From Thermodesulfobacteriota bacterium (GTDB lineage Bacteria; Desulfobacterota; UBA8473): DNA of 64,000 bases. Below the pieces are notes generated by a model. It searched no databases. It was not told the DNA's origin and saw only the letters and a program-made list of their open reading frames with translations. The stretch covers positions 24,628 to 88,627 of the forward strand of contig JAXHVA010000005.1 in the NCBI GenBank assembly GCA_034189035.1, written 5' to 3'. Positions 1 to 9,566 of this stretch are shown piece by piece (the stretch's first letter is position 1; every line of letters starts with the position of its first letter). Both the position numbers and the translations under genes were made by a program.

Positions 1-266
1 TAATCATCACGAAACCGGTGAATATTCCCGTTTAACTCTAAGAGAGTTTTAAACCGAGAGATGATTGGAGCCCAAAATTCACAATCATTTAATTTTTTGC
101 CACAGCCGCATGTTCCCTTATTTTTCTCAATCTCCCAAGGCAAAACGTATATCTCTCCCAGTGTCCAGATGCTCCCAAAACTGTCAAGTAAAATCTCTAA
201 AAGAGTAGAGCCTGAACGGCCTGTACTGGCAATATATATCAAGTCGATTTTTTCTGACTTCATCAT
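1..266 (-). CDS. sulfotransferase family protein, N-terminal part (gene runs off window start)
   Basis: Not in the ORF track because there is no stop inside the window. Hand translation of the reverse strand from ATG at ~266 gives MMKSEKIDLIYIASTGRSGSTLLEILLDSFGSIWTLGEIYVLPWEIEKNKGTCGCGKKLNDCEFWAPIISRFKTLLELNGN... with no stop down to position 1. STGRSGST resembles the PAPS 5'-phosphosulfate-binding loop of bacterial sulfotransferases. Confidence 0.6.
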   Translation of the reverse strand, partial: MMKSEKIDLIYIASTGRSGSTLLEILLDSFGSIWTLGEIYVLPWEIEKNKGTCGCGKKLNDCEFWAPIISRFKTLLELNGNIHRFRDD

Positions 267-281
267 AACATTTTAGAACTT

Positions 282-1457
282 TTATCTATTGAAAGATGTC
301 CAGGTTTTTTGGCTATTGTTCATTGATTGATAAATCGAAAAATATATCTCTCCAATCTTTCTTGCTGTCCCTTTAACATCAAAATGGGTCTTAACTGTTC
401 TTAAACCTTTTTGGCCTATCTCTTCGGCCTTCTTTTTATTTGATAAAATCCAGTGAACTTGAGAAGCAAGTGACTTTGAATCCCTTGGAGGCACAAGCAC
501 TCCGTTGATCCCTGGTTCAATAAACTCAGACGGGCCACCTGAATCTGTGGAAAGAACAGTGACTCCAGATGCCATTGCCTCTAAGAGTACAAGACCAAAA
601 GGCTCTCTTATAGAAGGCAGTACAAATAGCGTCAAAAGAGGATAAATCAGTTCAATGTTATTCTTGACTCCAGTAAAAATACACATCTTTTCAACATCTA
701 AATCAAAAGCCATCTTCTTGAGTTGCTGGAGCATGGGGCCCTCACCTATAAAAAGGCATTTCAGATCATTCCATTCGTTTTTTAAATATCTAAGAGCCTC
801 TATTAAATAGACCTGCCCCTTTTCTGTAACCATACGTCCTACAGTTCCAATCAAAGGGCCATTCCCTAAAATACCGAGTTCCATTTTCATTTGTTCCTGT
901 GGAGATCTAGGATAAAACCGTTCAAGGTCAACTCCGTTGTTTATGACGACGATTCTATCTCGATCAATACCTAACCTTAGCATGTCTTTTTTCATAGCAT
1001 TCGAAATACAGATAAAGATGCTGCTTCTATAAGAGAGAATCCTTTCAAGCATAATATATATATATCGAATTAAAAAGGGAGTATCTGTATAATCAAACAG
1101 GGAAACATGAACAGTAGAAACACTCTTAATACCAGTAACCATAGATGCAATCCTGCCGTAAAAATTTGCTCTGTATCCATGAGTATGAAGAATATCCACA
1201 GGATTTTTCTTTATGTATTTCACAAGAGAAGAAATGGATCGTATTGAGAACTTCTTTTTCATGTCAATGATCGTATAATTATAATTGAAGTTCTCAAGTA
1301 TCTTTATGAAGGGCCCTTGGTATGGAAGTATAATCGCATGTTGAATCATTTTGTCTGTGTATCTGATCAAATCTTGAAGGTAACGTTCTCCACCTGCAAT
1401 TCCAGCAGAGCTTAAAACATGGAGAACGTTTATCTTTTGTTTTTTACTTGAACTCAT
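282..1457 (-). CDS. glycosyltransferase, GT4-like (GT-B fold)
   Basis: 391-aa ORF. The C-terminal region SIREPFGLVLLEAMASGVTVLSTDSGGPSEFI is the typical Glycos_transf_1 E-x7-E region. Confidence 0.85.
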   Translation of the reverse strand: MSSSKKQKINVLHVLSSAGIAGGERYLQDLIRYTDKMIQHAIILPYQGPFIKILENFNYNYTIIDMKKKFSIRSISSLVKYIKKNPVDILHTHGYRANFYGRIASMVTGIKSVSTVHVSLFDYTDTPFLIRYIYIMLERILSYRSSIFICISNAMKKDMLRLGIDRDRIVVINNGVDLERFYPRSPQEQMKMELGILGNGPLIGTVGRMVTEKGQVYLIEALRYLKNEWNDLKCLFIGEGPMLQQLKKMAFDLDVEKMCIFTGVKNNIELIYPLLTLFVLPSIREPFGLVLLEAMASGVTVLSTDSGGPSEFIEPGINGVLVPPRDSKSLASQVHWILSNKKKAEEIGQKGLRTVKTHFDVKGTARKIGEIYFSIYQSMNNSQKTWTSFNR

Positions 1458-1466
1458 ATGAAATAT

Positions 1467-2654
1467 TTAATGTTTGCACGAGAACGCTTCTTTATAAATC
1501 CTATTCGCTAAGAACTTACGGTCATATTTTGCAACAATAAATCTACGGCCATTCTCTCCCAATTGGGCAGCCTTCTTCTGATTGGCAAGTAAGTCGATAA
1601 TTGCATCTGATAGTGCTTCGGTATCTCCTGGTTCCACAAATTTTATCGCTTCTGACTGGTTGAAAACATCGGTGGTTCCCTCTATTCTTGATGCGATAAC
1701 AGGCTTACCGCATGCCATATAATCGAATATTTTTACAGGTGATCTTAAACCGGCGCTTTGCACAAACGGAGAGATACAAATATCCATAGCAGATATCCAG
1801 GTTGGCATGTCTTCATAGTCAATCTGACCGGAAAAAAGAAAACGCATATTAAGTCCTTTACTCTCTACAGCTTTCATCCATGTTTCTTTCATAGGTCCTT
1901 CACCGATAATCACAAAACGGGTTGAAGATTCCTTCTCGAGTATGAGAGGTGCAGCATCAATAAGAACATCGATTCCCTGGTGTCTCAGTAGCGTACCAGC
2001 AAATCCAACATATTTCTCTTCAAGGTCAATATTTAGACGAGCCCTAGATTCTCTAACAGGCATAGGCCTAAACAGATCGGTATTTGCTCCGCTGGGTAAT
2101 TCGACGAATTTTGTAGCTTGCAGTCCCGGGTTTTCGTTAAGGATTTTTCCCAATATCTCTTTTGTAATTACAAACGCCCTTTGGCAGAGTTTCAGATTGA
2201 TCTTATCTTGGAATTCAGATAAGAATTTACGAATTCGGAAACGTGTTAAAGATCCCTCTTGATAGATTCTTCTGTAGGGATCATCGTTAATCTCGTAAAA
2301 AAAGAGAGAATTAATTAATCTTGCATATATGCTTGGAATAATACTTCCCATTCGCCTCATATAAACGACATCAGGACGGGTTTTAAACACAGTCATTAAT
2401 AGAAAAAAAGTTAAAGATATATTAAATGAGAGAAATCGAAAAAATGACAGATTAACGAAAGGAATTTCGACGATTTTTATCAATGATTTTTCAATATCAA
2501 AGTGATATCTCGGCAGAAACAGGGTAACATCATGCCCCAGGACTGAGAGATTTTGTGCCAGATCTCTGATCTTTACAGTCGCTCCGACAAATTTTTTCCA
2601 TCTTGGATCATGCCAGTATGCGAAAATAAAAAATTTATACGGTTTCATAAACAA
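1467..2654 (-). CDS. glycosyltransferase, GT4/GT1-like
   Basis: 395-aa ORF with GT-B C-terminal signature GLRSPVKIFDYMACGKPVIASRIEGTTDV. It lies 9 nt from the next glycosyltransferase gene. Confidence 0.8.
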   Translation of the reverse strand: MFMKPYKFFIFAYWHDPRWKKFVGATVKIRDLAQNLSVLGHDVTLFLPRYHFDIEKSLIKIVEIPFVNLSFFRFLSFNISLTFFLLMTVFKTRPDVVYMRRMGSIIPSIYARLINSLFFYEINDDPYRRIYQEGSLTRFRIRKFLSEFQDKINLKLCQRAFVITKEILGKILNENPGLQATKFVELPSGANTDLFRPMPVRESRARLNIDLEEKYVGFAGTLLRHQGIDVLIDAAPLILEKESSTRFVIIGEGPMKETWMKAVESKGLNMRFLFSGQIDYEDMPTWISAMDICISPFVQSAGLRSPVKIFDYMACGKPVIASRIEGTTDVFNQSEAIKFVEPGDTEALSDAIIDLLANQKKAAQLGENGRRFIVAKYDRKFLANRIYKEAFSCKH

Positions 2655-2705
2655 AGAGAAATGTCAAAATTATTCCTAATTTGTATTAAAATGCTCAGAT
2701 ACGTT

Positions 2706-2725
2706 GCACACATTATTATGTGTGC
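2706..2725 (-). other. intercistronic hairpin (8-bp stem GCACACAT/ATGTGTGC, 4-nt loop)
   Basis: Perfect inverted repeat read directly in the 106-nt gap between the FkbM-like gene and the downstream glycosyltransferase. No U-tract follows, so it is more likely an RNA stability or processing element than a terminator. Confidence 0.25.
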
Positions 2726-2760
2726 TGCATTTACTGAGATAAATCAATAGCAATTTTAGT

Positions 2761-3609
2761 TTATTTTGTTTTAGTTTCAGGAAAATCATCTATCTTTTCT
2801 TTTGAGAACACATACCATCTGTGATCGTAGTAATTCGTTATATCTAGCAGTTGGTAAGAGAAATATCCATTTTCGAGAAAAAGTTGAATACATTCTTCTA
2901 TACTACCATCAATGTATTCAATTTCCTGTGGATGAAATTCAATAAAAAATTTTGGAGCTTCTTTCAGTCTCATAATCCTTCTTGCACCTTTTAGCGCAAG
3001 CCATTCCGCCCCTTCAATATCAATCTTTATGAGTTGAGGGATGCCATATTTGTATGCAAAATGGTCAAGCGTATCAGCACTAATTCTATATGTCTCACTG
3101 ATATTTTTCGAATCACCAAAGGAAAATATTCGTCCAACTCCCTGGTTTCCATGTCTGGATTCAAAAAAAAGCACAGTAGAAGATTCATTTGAAACAGCTT
3201 TATTCACTGCTATAATATTATCTTCCATTTCATTAATTTGGATATTGGTCTTCAGTTGACTCCAGATTTTCACTGATGGCTCAAAGGCAACCACCTGAAT
3301 ACTCTGTTTGGCAGCCAATAAACTAAAAAGGCCGATGTTAGCACCTACATCAAAAATCAAATCTCCTTTAGAAATAAGGGAGAGAAAAATATTCATCTGG
3401 ACAGGTTCATATTCGCCGCAATAAAATAGCCTCGATCCAATTGTTTCTCCAGTGAAAATACAGAATTTAGTATCCTTATATAAGATTTTTGTTTCGAAAT
3501 CAGTGAGGAATCCAGGGATGCGTCTTATTATACGCATCCCCCAAACAATGCTGATATTCTTTGTTATCCAGCGCAATAAGTAAGGAATAAGATATCTTTT
3601 TGATAGCAT
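2761..3609 (-). CDS. FkbM-family SAM-dependent methyltransferase
   Basis: 282-aa ORF. The FDVGANIGLFSLLAA glycine-rich SAM loop and the overall length and layout match FkbM-type methyltransferases common in glycan loci. Confidence 0.75.
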   Translation of the reverse strand: MLSKRYLIPYLLRWITKNISIVWGMRIIRRIPGFLTDFETKILYKDTKFCIFTGETIGSRLFYCGEYEPVQMNIFLSLISKGDLIFDVGANIGLFSLLAAKQSIQVVAFEPSVKIWSQLKTNIQINEMEDNIIAVNKAVSNESSTVLFFESRHGNQGVGRIFSFGDSKNISETYRISADTLDHFAYKYGIPQLIKIDIEGAEWLALKGARRIMRLKEAPKFFIEFHPQEIEYIDGSIEECIQLFLENGYFSYQLLDITNYYDHRWYVFSKEKIDDFPETKTK

Positions 3610-3674
3610 CGCTACATAATTTCCATTTTAAGAAACAAAGGAACAATCAAAAAATCTGACTGACAATAACTTTA

Positions 3675-4697
3675 TTACACCTTTCTTGCAATTAATACGA
3701 TATTGTCTCCTCGGCAGTCATTTGCCAAGGGTTTCAAGCTATCCTCACTATCAAAATAGGATAGATTATCCTGAACGCAGCTTACAGCATCTATTAAATA
3801 TGTCCTTCTATGCCAAATAGTGTAAAGTTGTTCTTTTATTCGTTGGAAAATCCGTTCTGATATATTGAGCAAGTATACTTTTTCCAGGATATTCTTTATT
3901 TTACGTTTTGTATTCACTGTTTGTTTTTTGTATTCATGTTTCCTTTCATCATTGCCATAGGAAAAAACGTTTTCCACGAAATACCCACTGTTTTCCATTA
4001 ATTGAATCAAGTTTCCCTTAGAGAAAAGGAATATGTGAAACGGATTGAATCCTTTCCAGCTCAACTTTTCATAAGTAATATTGGCTGATTGCGCATTCGG
4101 AGTATCAATAATCAAAAAGCCGTCATCTTCCAGGAGTTGATAAATCGTAGCAATGAAATTCTTCGGAGAAACAATATGCTCCAGAATATCTATCGCAAGG
4201 ATCAGCGGGTATTTTTCTTTGCTGTGTTCTTTTACAAATTCCTCAAGCGTTCCTTTAAAAGTCGGAACACCAAACTTGTTTATTGCATATGAAGCGGCCT
4301 CTTTCGATAATTCGATCCCTTGAACCTTCCAGTTCAATTCCTTCAATAAAGCAAGTAGATATCCTTTGGCGCTGCCTATATCAAGCGCCTTTTTAGGAAA
4401 GACTCCGTTTTGAATCAATGGTACACTACGACGATAGACTTCTATGATCCGTTTAAACTCATTTTGATCTGTACGATTGAAAAAATAATAGTTTTTTCTG
4501 TAAAGTGCTGGGATTTCATCTTCCTTTAGCCTGGGCGAGTTAAACAAAAGGCCACAGCCTTTGCAGCTTCGAATAAAAAACTCACCGGGGTAATCAAAAT
4601 TGGAAAACTCTCTATTAAGAAAGGGATCACTCTGGTTTGAGCCACAAATAAAGCATGGATTGTTCACTTCTTCTTTTATGGTGATCTTTTCTTGCAA
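3675..4697 (-). CDS. class I SAM-dependent methyltransferase with N-terminal Cys4 zinc-ribbon
   Basis: 340-aa ORF. CFICGS...CKGCG forms a zinc ribbon, followed by ALDIGSAKGYLL (motif I) and LILAIDILEH (motif II/III region). Confidence 0.8.
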   Translation of the reverse strand: MQEKITIKEEVNNPCFICGSNQSDPFLNREFSNFDYPGEFFIRSCKGCGLLFNSPRLKEDEIPALYRKNYYFFNRTDQNEFKRIIEVYRRSVPLIQNGVFPKKALDIGSAKGYLLALLKELNWKVQGIELSKEAASYAINKFGVPTFKGTLEEFVKEHSKEKYPLILAIDILEHIVSPKNFIATIYQLLEDDGFLIIDTPNAQSANITYEKLSWKGFNPFHIFLFSKGNLIQLMENSGYFVENVFSYGNDERKHEYKKQTVNTKRKIKNILEKVYLLNISERIFQRIKEQLYTIWHRRTYLIDAVSCVQDNLSYFDSEDSLKPLANDCRGDNIVLIARKV

Positions 4698-4839
4698 ATC
4701 CTTAGTACCTCTGGTTCATCTCTTTCATTCTTACAACCAAAAAACAATCTCCTGTTATGCTTTAATGCGCATACAGTGCTTTATAATAAGTTGCATACCT
4801 TATAATATGACCGCCTTAGCTGAGTAAACTCAATAGGGA

Positions 4840-6057
4840 TTAATTCTTATTTAATAACTCCGATAAAGAGGAGATCACATGCTTTGCTGAAAGATTTTTC
4901 AGGCATGGCTGGACCTCTTCACATGCAAGGAACCATCTTGTATAATGGCAGGGGCTACATGCAATATTTTTAAGAGATAGTGCCTTGTGGTTCTCTTCGT
5001 TAATATAATTTTTTGCCTGAGAAGTTGGCCCAAATATACCAACGCTACTTACCCCCAAAGAAAAGGCAATGTGTCTCAATCCACTGTCATTTGATAGAAA
5101 AAGAGAACAACATCCTATAATTGCTGCTGTTTTTCGAATCGACCCAGTATCTTTACAGATCACAGCAGAAAGAATATCCGCATTCTGGACAGAAGATATT
5201 AAATCATTTTCATCAGGTCCAAAAAAGAATATAATCCATACATTATCTTTGTTGGCCATTTCTTTTGCCACAGCAATGAACTTTTCAATCTCCCATCGTT
5301 TCCATTCTTGCTGCTTTCCACAACCTGGATGAATCCCTAAAAGCGTTGCCCCAGGGGGAATATCCATCTTCATAAGCCATCGCTGGGCGTCATCCGTTTC
5401 ATCTTTACTTAAATAGAACTGAAGCGTATGAGGGCCATTTGTAACACTCAGAAAGTTTGCCAGCCTTATGTTTTGTTCCAGCTCCGAATCGCTTTGGTTT
5501 GCCTTCAGCTTATGTGTATAAAGAAAAGCTCTTCCTCTCCAATCTTCACCAATACGCTGTGATGCACCGCTTAAAAATGATAAAAGGCTTCCTACTACAG
5601 GATCAGTCCCTGCTGCGGCCATAACTGCATCCGGTTTTAGTGCTTTTAGTAATCGGCCAACATAGAAATAGTAAAAAAACCCATCCTTCTTTTTAATATT
5701 GATAATTAAGATCTTTTCTATATCTGGGTCAGGTTCAAAGATTTCAGAACAGATCTTTGATGGCACAACAAGATTTATCTTGAGTTGAGGGTTGCTTTGC
5801 TTTAGAGATCTAATTGTGGGTATCAACATAAGATGGTTTCCAATCCCGCCAAAACCAAGAATAATCAATCTTCCTGACTGCAGTGATGGCTTTGAAGGTA
5901 ACATCAACCTTAATAGAGTAAAACAAAAGCTAAGGATATTGTAAAAAACTGTACTTATAGACAAGGAAAGAAATTGAAAAAAAGTACGCCCTCGTAAAAG
6001 CGTATTCCCTCTTCTAAAGTCTATTATTTCTTCGTTTTTTCTTGAGTCATTAAACAC
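4840..6057 (-). CDS. GT9-like glycosyltransferase (heptosyltransferase family)
   Basis: 405-aa ORF. RLIILGFGGIGNHLMLIPTIRSLK and the C-terminal LFLSNDSGLRHIAFSLGVSSVGIFGPT fit the GT9 layout. The first ~50 aa overlap the upstream gene by 34 nt; an alternative start (MLPSKP...) lies near 5904. Confidence 0.65.
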   Translation of the reverse strand: MFNDSRKNEEIIDFRRGNTLLRGRTFFQFLSLSISTVFYNILSFCFTLLRLMLPSKPSLQSGRLIILGFGGIGNHLMLIPTIRSLKQSNPQLKINLVVPSKICSEIFEPDPDIEKILIINIKKKDGFFYYFYVGRLLKALKPDAVMAAAGTDPVVGSLLSFLSGASQRIGEDWRGRAFLYTHKLKANQSDSELEQNIRLANFLSVTNGPHTLQFYLSKDETDDAQRWLMKMDIPPGATLLGIHPGCGKQQEWKRWEIEKFIAVAKEMANKDNVWIIFFFGPDENDLISSVQNADILSAVICKDTGSIRKTAAIIGCCSLFLSNDSGLRHIAFSLGVSSVGIFGPTSQAKNYINEENHKALSLKNIACSPCHYTRWFLACEEVQPCLKNLSAKHVISSLSELLNKN

Positions 6058-7337
6058 TTCGATGAATGCACCCCTTGATTGAGTATGTCTGCGAATTGAG
6101 AAGTAAGATTTTTCTGGTCAAATTTTTCAACCTCTTTCCAATTTGTCTTCCATGGTAAGTCCTGTTTCTTCCATCGTTGGTAAAGGGCAAGGTATGCATC
6201 TTTAATCTCATTTACGTCGTCGAAATCAGCAACAATACCCGTGTTTGTCTTTTTGATGATCGATGCAGAATCTCCATCTTTAGGAATTAAGGAAAGAATC
6301 GGCTTTCCTGATGCCATATATTCAAAGATCTTGCTTGGAATAACATCTTTCCCCCTTTCCCTGCTTAAGAGTAATAGCAATACGTCAGCTCTTGATAAAC
6401 ACTGTATAGCTTTCTTTCTAGGAACAAATCCAATGAACTTACATATTCCATGTTTATCTTTAGTTCCAATATCATTAGCCGTATTTGGCCCCACGAACTC
6501 TATGCATACTTCTTCCTGTGAAATCTCCCCTTCATCAATAAGTTCTTCTATGGCCTGAAGGAATGATATCGGTTTAAACGTGTCGTAGAATACCCCGTTG
6601 AATACTGTAACAAACTTCTGCATATTCTCCTCTTTGTACCATGATGAAGAATCATCAGTAAAATCTTTCGGATCATAACCAGCCGTAATCGTAAAGAATT
6701 TATGCGAATTCCCATTATGTTTTGAAAGCAGTCGGGCGAAAACAGGAGCCATTGTTACGATTCTGTCAGCATTATTAATAATCATCTTTTCAAGCCTATA
6801 ATGGAGTCTTTTATGAAATGAAGTAACGAAGTCCAGCCTTGGATCTTCAAACCATTCGTCACGAAACTCGGCTATCCAGGTAAGGCCCGTCCTTTTCTTA
6901 ATGAGCAATGCAATCAGATGAGATGAAAGAGGGCCAGAGGTTGAGTAAATGGCATCAATATTGTGTTTGCGGATCATATTCATACCAGAAAAAAAAGCAA
7001 AAGGAATCCACCCAATCTGTTCATCTGGATGGAGGAATATTTTTTTGATAATCTTGTCAATTCTTCTTAGACGAAAAGGATTAAAAAAGCGATAGATCCA
7101 AGCTGCTTTTAACATTTTACTCCTTTTAATTTTAATTTCTGACGGAAGCTCCTTTAACAATTCGGGGTCATTTGCATAGTAATAATCTGCCTTATTTGGT
7201 GTTAGTATAATAGGTTTCCATCCGAATTCCGGCAGATACTTTGCTAGTTTAACAGGGCGTAATGCTCCAGAGCCGCCTAATGGAGGGAAGAGATATGCAA
7301 CCATTAAGATGTTTTTTTCTTGTTTCATCTTTGTCAT
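6024..7337 (-). CDS. glycosyltransferase (GT-B, GT4-like)
   Basis: 437-aa ORF. The N-terminus ILMVAYLFPPLGGSGALRPVKLAKYLPEFGW and the C-terminus IPSKIFEYMASGKPILS are typical GT-B features. Confidence 0.7.
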   Translation of the reverse strand: MTKMKQEKNILMVAYLFPPLGGSGALRPVKLAKYLPEFGWKPIILTPNKADYYYANDPELLKELPSEIKIKRSKMLKAAWIYRFFNPFRLRRIDKIIKKIFLHPDEQIGWIPFAFFSGMNMIRKHNIDAIYSTSGPLSSHLIALLIKKRTGLTWIAEFRDEWFEDPRLDFVTSFHKRLHYRLEKMIINNADRIVTMAPVFARLLSKHNGNSHKFFTITAGYDPKDFTDDSSSWYKEENMQKFVTVFNGVFYDTFKPISFLQAIEELIDEGEISQEEVCIEFVGPNTANDIGTKDKHGICKFIGFVPRKKAIQCLSRADVLLLLLSRERGKDVIPSKIFEYMASGKPILSLIPKDGDSASIIKKTNTGIVADFDDVNEIKDAYLALYQRWKKQDLPWKTNWKEVEKFDQKNLTSQFADILNQGVHSSKCLMTQEKTKK

Positions 7338-7409
7338 AGCAACGGTTTATATCGTATTATTTTGCTTTATGAAACAGAAAGTACTTTCGAGTTTCAACGG
7401 CAATTAAAT

Positions 7410-8441
7410 TTAAATCTTGTTAAGATCATCTACATTGGAAGCCCGAAAAGTAACTATACGACGAAATTGCCCTAATATTTTTCTATCCAAAAGGGATACA
7501 GGGTATCGAATAATCATCTGAAAATACCTCAACAATGCGGACAAACGCCCTTTGTCTTTCCACTTTCTAAAAACATCGATATAGAAGATTTCAACGGTTG
7601 TCTTCGCAATTATCTTTTTCTTTTTTCGATTTGATATTCCACAGTCTTTTGCATGCCTCTTTATAATCGAAATTGATTCTTCGTGAAAACGAATTCCCTG
7701 TAGTATTGTTTTGCTCTCAGAATGTTCTCTGAAACGGGCAACTTTTCTATCTATTAAATAGGGATTAACACCTGCTAATCCAATTCTGAGGAAAAACTCA
7801 CGGTCAAAACAGAAGTTCAACGATTGATCAAAACCGCCCAAGTCTTCATAAATCTCTTTGCTCCAAAAACTGGCAGGTTGAGCAAATGTTGAGCTGTAAG
7901 TTTTTTCCACGAAATAGGAAAGCCTCTCCGGCCACCATGGTGTAAATATCCTCTTTACTTTAGTTCCTTCAAATATGACACATTCTCCGGCAACAAGATG
8001 TGGATCACCATTTTTCTTAAATATTGGTGCTATACTACTCAATGCACCTGGACAATAAAGATCATCACTGTTTATGTATGCATAAATATCCCCAGAGGCT
8101 TTTGCAAAACCCTTGTTAATTGCATGGCTTTGCCCCCTATCCTTTTCACTGATCCAGAAAGCAAGCCATTTTTCATATTTTTTTATAATCTCTACAGATT
8201 CATCGATAGAGCCTCCATCTATAATTATGTATTCAAGATTCGGATAGCCTTGAAGAAGGATTGAACGGATGGTCTCTTCGAGGAATTTCCCCTGATTATA
8301 ACTGGGAGTAACGATACTGATCTTTGGCCACGGTGAGTTATTGAGCATGGTCTTGGAGAGTTTTGGAGATTCTTCTGTCCATGGCCAACCGATTTTGTTA
8401 GGTGGAGGTGATGGAATTTCTTCTAATATGGGACTCATCAT
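7410..8441 (-). CDS. glycosyltransferase family 2 (GT-A)
   Basis: 343-aa ORF. ISIVTPSYNQGKFLEETIRSILLQGYPNLEYIIIDGGSIDES plus YINSDD form the canonical GT2 nucleotide-sugar binding and DxD region. Confidence 0.85.
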   Translation of the reverse strand: MMSPILEEIPSPPPNKIGWPWTEESPKLSKTMLNNSPWPKISIVTPSYNQGKFLEETIRSILLQGYPNLEYIIIDGGSIDESVEIIKKYEKWLAFWISEKDRGQSHAINKGFAKASGDIYAYINSDDLYCPGALSSIAPIFKKNGDPHLVAGECVIFEGTKVKRIFTPWWPERLSYFVEKTYSSTFAQPASFWSKEIYEDLGGFDQSLNFCFDREFFLRIGLAGVNPYLIDRKVARFREHSESKTILQGIRFHEESISIIKRHAKDCGISNRKKKKIIAKTTVEIFYIDVFRKWKDKGRLSALLRYFQMIIRYPVSLLDRKILGQFRRIVTFRASNVDDLNKI

Positions 8442-8495
8442 AACAGCTTTCCCTCATTTCACTTTAAAGAAAGTAACTATAACCCAACATGAAAG

Positions 8496-9503
8496 TTACT
8501 GTGTTTTCAAATTTTTACGTAGAAATAGATTAACAAAACCCAGGATAATACGCTCATATTTCCTTCTTTTTTCCATAGGTTTCTTTAACAACCAAGACAA
8601 TGAAACCGTTGGCAGTCGTTTATGAAGATATGGTCGATGTTTTTCTAATGTTTGTTCGATTTGGGTGAAAGAGTATCCCATTTGAGTAAATGTTTCTCTT
8701 CCCAATAAGGAAAAGTATTCCTTTGTGATCCTCCATATCTGAGGATTTTTTAATGACTGCTCCCATTTATCACCGTATTTCAATACAGGACGAAGGTTCT
8801 TATCGATTTCGTTTTTATCACCAAGGTTCCATTCGCATTGATCTTTATAGCCATAATCTATGATCTCAGATGAAAAGTCTATGCCTATCCAATTACAGAT
8901 TCTCTCTATCTCATTGTTCGGGTCCTTTAAAATGTCTTCGTAAAGAACGACAATACGATTCATTCCCAATTGTTCAGCACTTTTTAGAAGAAGATGAGGC
9001 GCTACAGATAGATCGTTTTTCAACCTTTCGAGTTTAAACCAATTTTTTTTAACCCATGTGTTTAATATAGAAGAAACAACAGCCATAGGATTCCGAAGTA
9101 AAATGATATAATAGGCATTAGGAAAAGTTTTGTATAATTCCGGAATTATGAAATAATAACGCGGTGTTTTGTCTAGAAAATAAGGCTTATTTGATTTGAT
9201 CAAAGCTTGTTGGTATAAGTAGGAATACATCCTGCGAACACCTTCATAGTATTCGGTCTCTCCATGAGGGAGTGTACGGAGAAAATCCTTCAGTGCTATT
9301 GAGGCAATATAGGCATCAAATTCAGCTTTATATCCCTTTTGGCGGAGAGCATAGAACGGGTATAACATTAACCAAGGCTCAGAATCGGCATGTATGCTCT
9401 GATGATTCCCCAAAATTCTCTGTAGCATTGTAGAACCTGCTCTGGGCTGAGAAATTATAAAGATTAATTGCTTGCCAATAGGCCTACTAACTCTTTCTTC
9501 CAA
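8496..9503 (-). CDS. sulfotransferase family protein
   Basis: 335-aa ORF. IFIISQPRAGSTMLQRIL is the 5'-PSB loop and YIILLRNPMAVVSS is the 3'-phosphate-binding RNP..S motif. Confidence 0.75.
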   Translation of the reverse strand: MEERVSRPIGKQLIFIISQPRAGSTMLQRILGNHQSIHADSEPWLMLYPFYALRQKGYKAEFDAYIASIALKDFLRTLPHGETEYYEGVRRMYSYLYQQALIKSNKPYFLDKTPRYYFIIPELYKTFPNAYYIILLRNPMAVVSSILNTWVKKNWFKLERLKNDLSVAPHLLLKSAEQLGMNRIVVLYEDILKDPNNEIERICNWIGIDFSSEIIDYGYKDQCEWNLGDKNEIDKNLRPVLKYGDKWEQSLKNPQIWRITKEYFSLLGRETFTQMGYSFTQIEQTLEKHRPYLHKRLPTVSLSWLLKKPMEKRRKYERIILGFVNLFLRKNLKTQ

Positions 9504-9566
9504 CTTTATTTGCCCTGTCCAAATACCCCAAATGATCCTAATATATTAAAAACAATCCTTTGTCTT

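Noticed and set aside
61-276. 71-aa plus-strand ORF in the track at the window start
   Set aside because: It is antisense to a much more convincing minus-strand reading frame, which is open from 266 to position 1 and carries a sulfotransferase PAPS-loop (STGRSGST). The plus-strand product has no recognisable motif.
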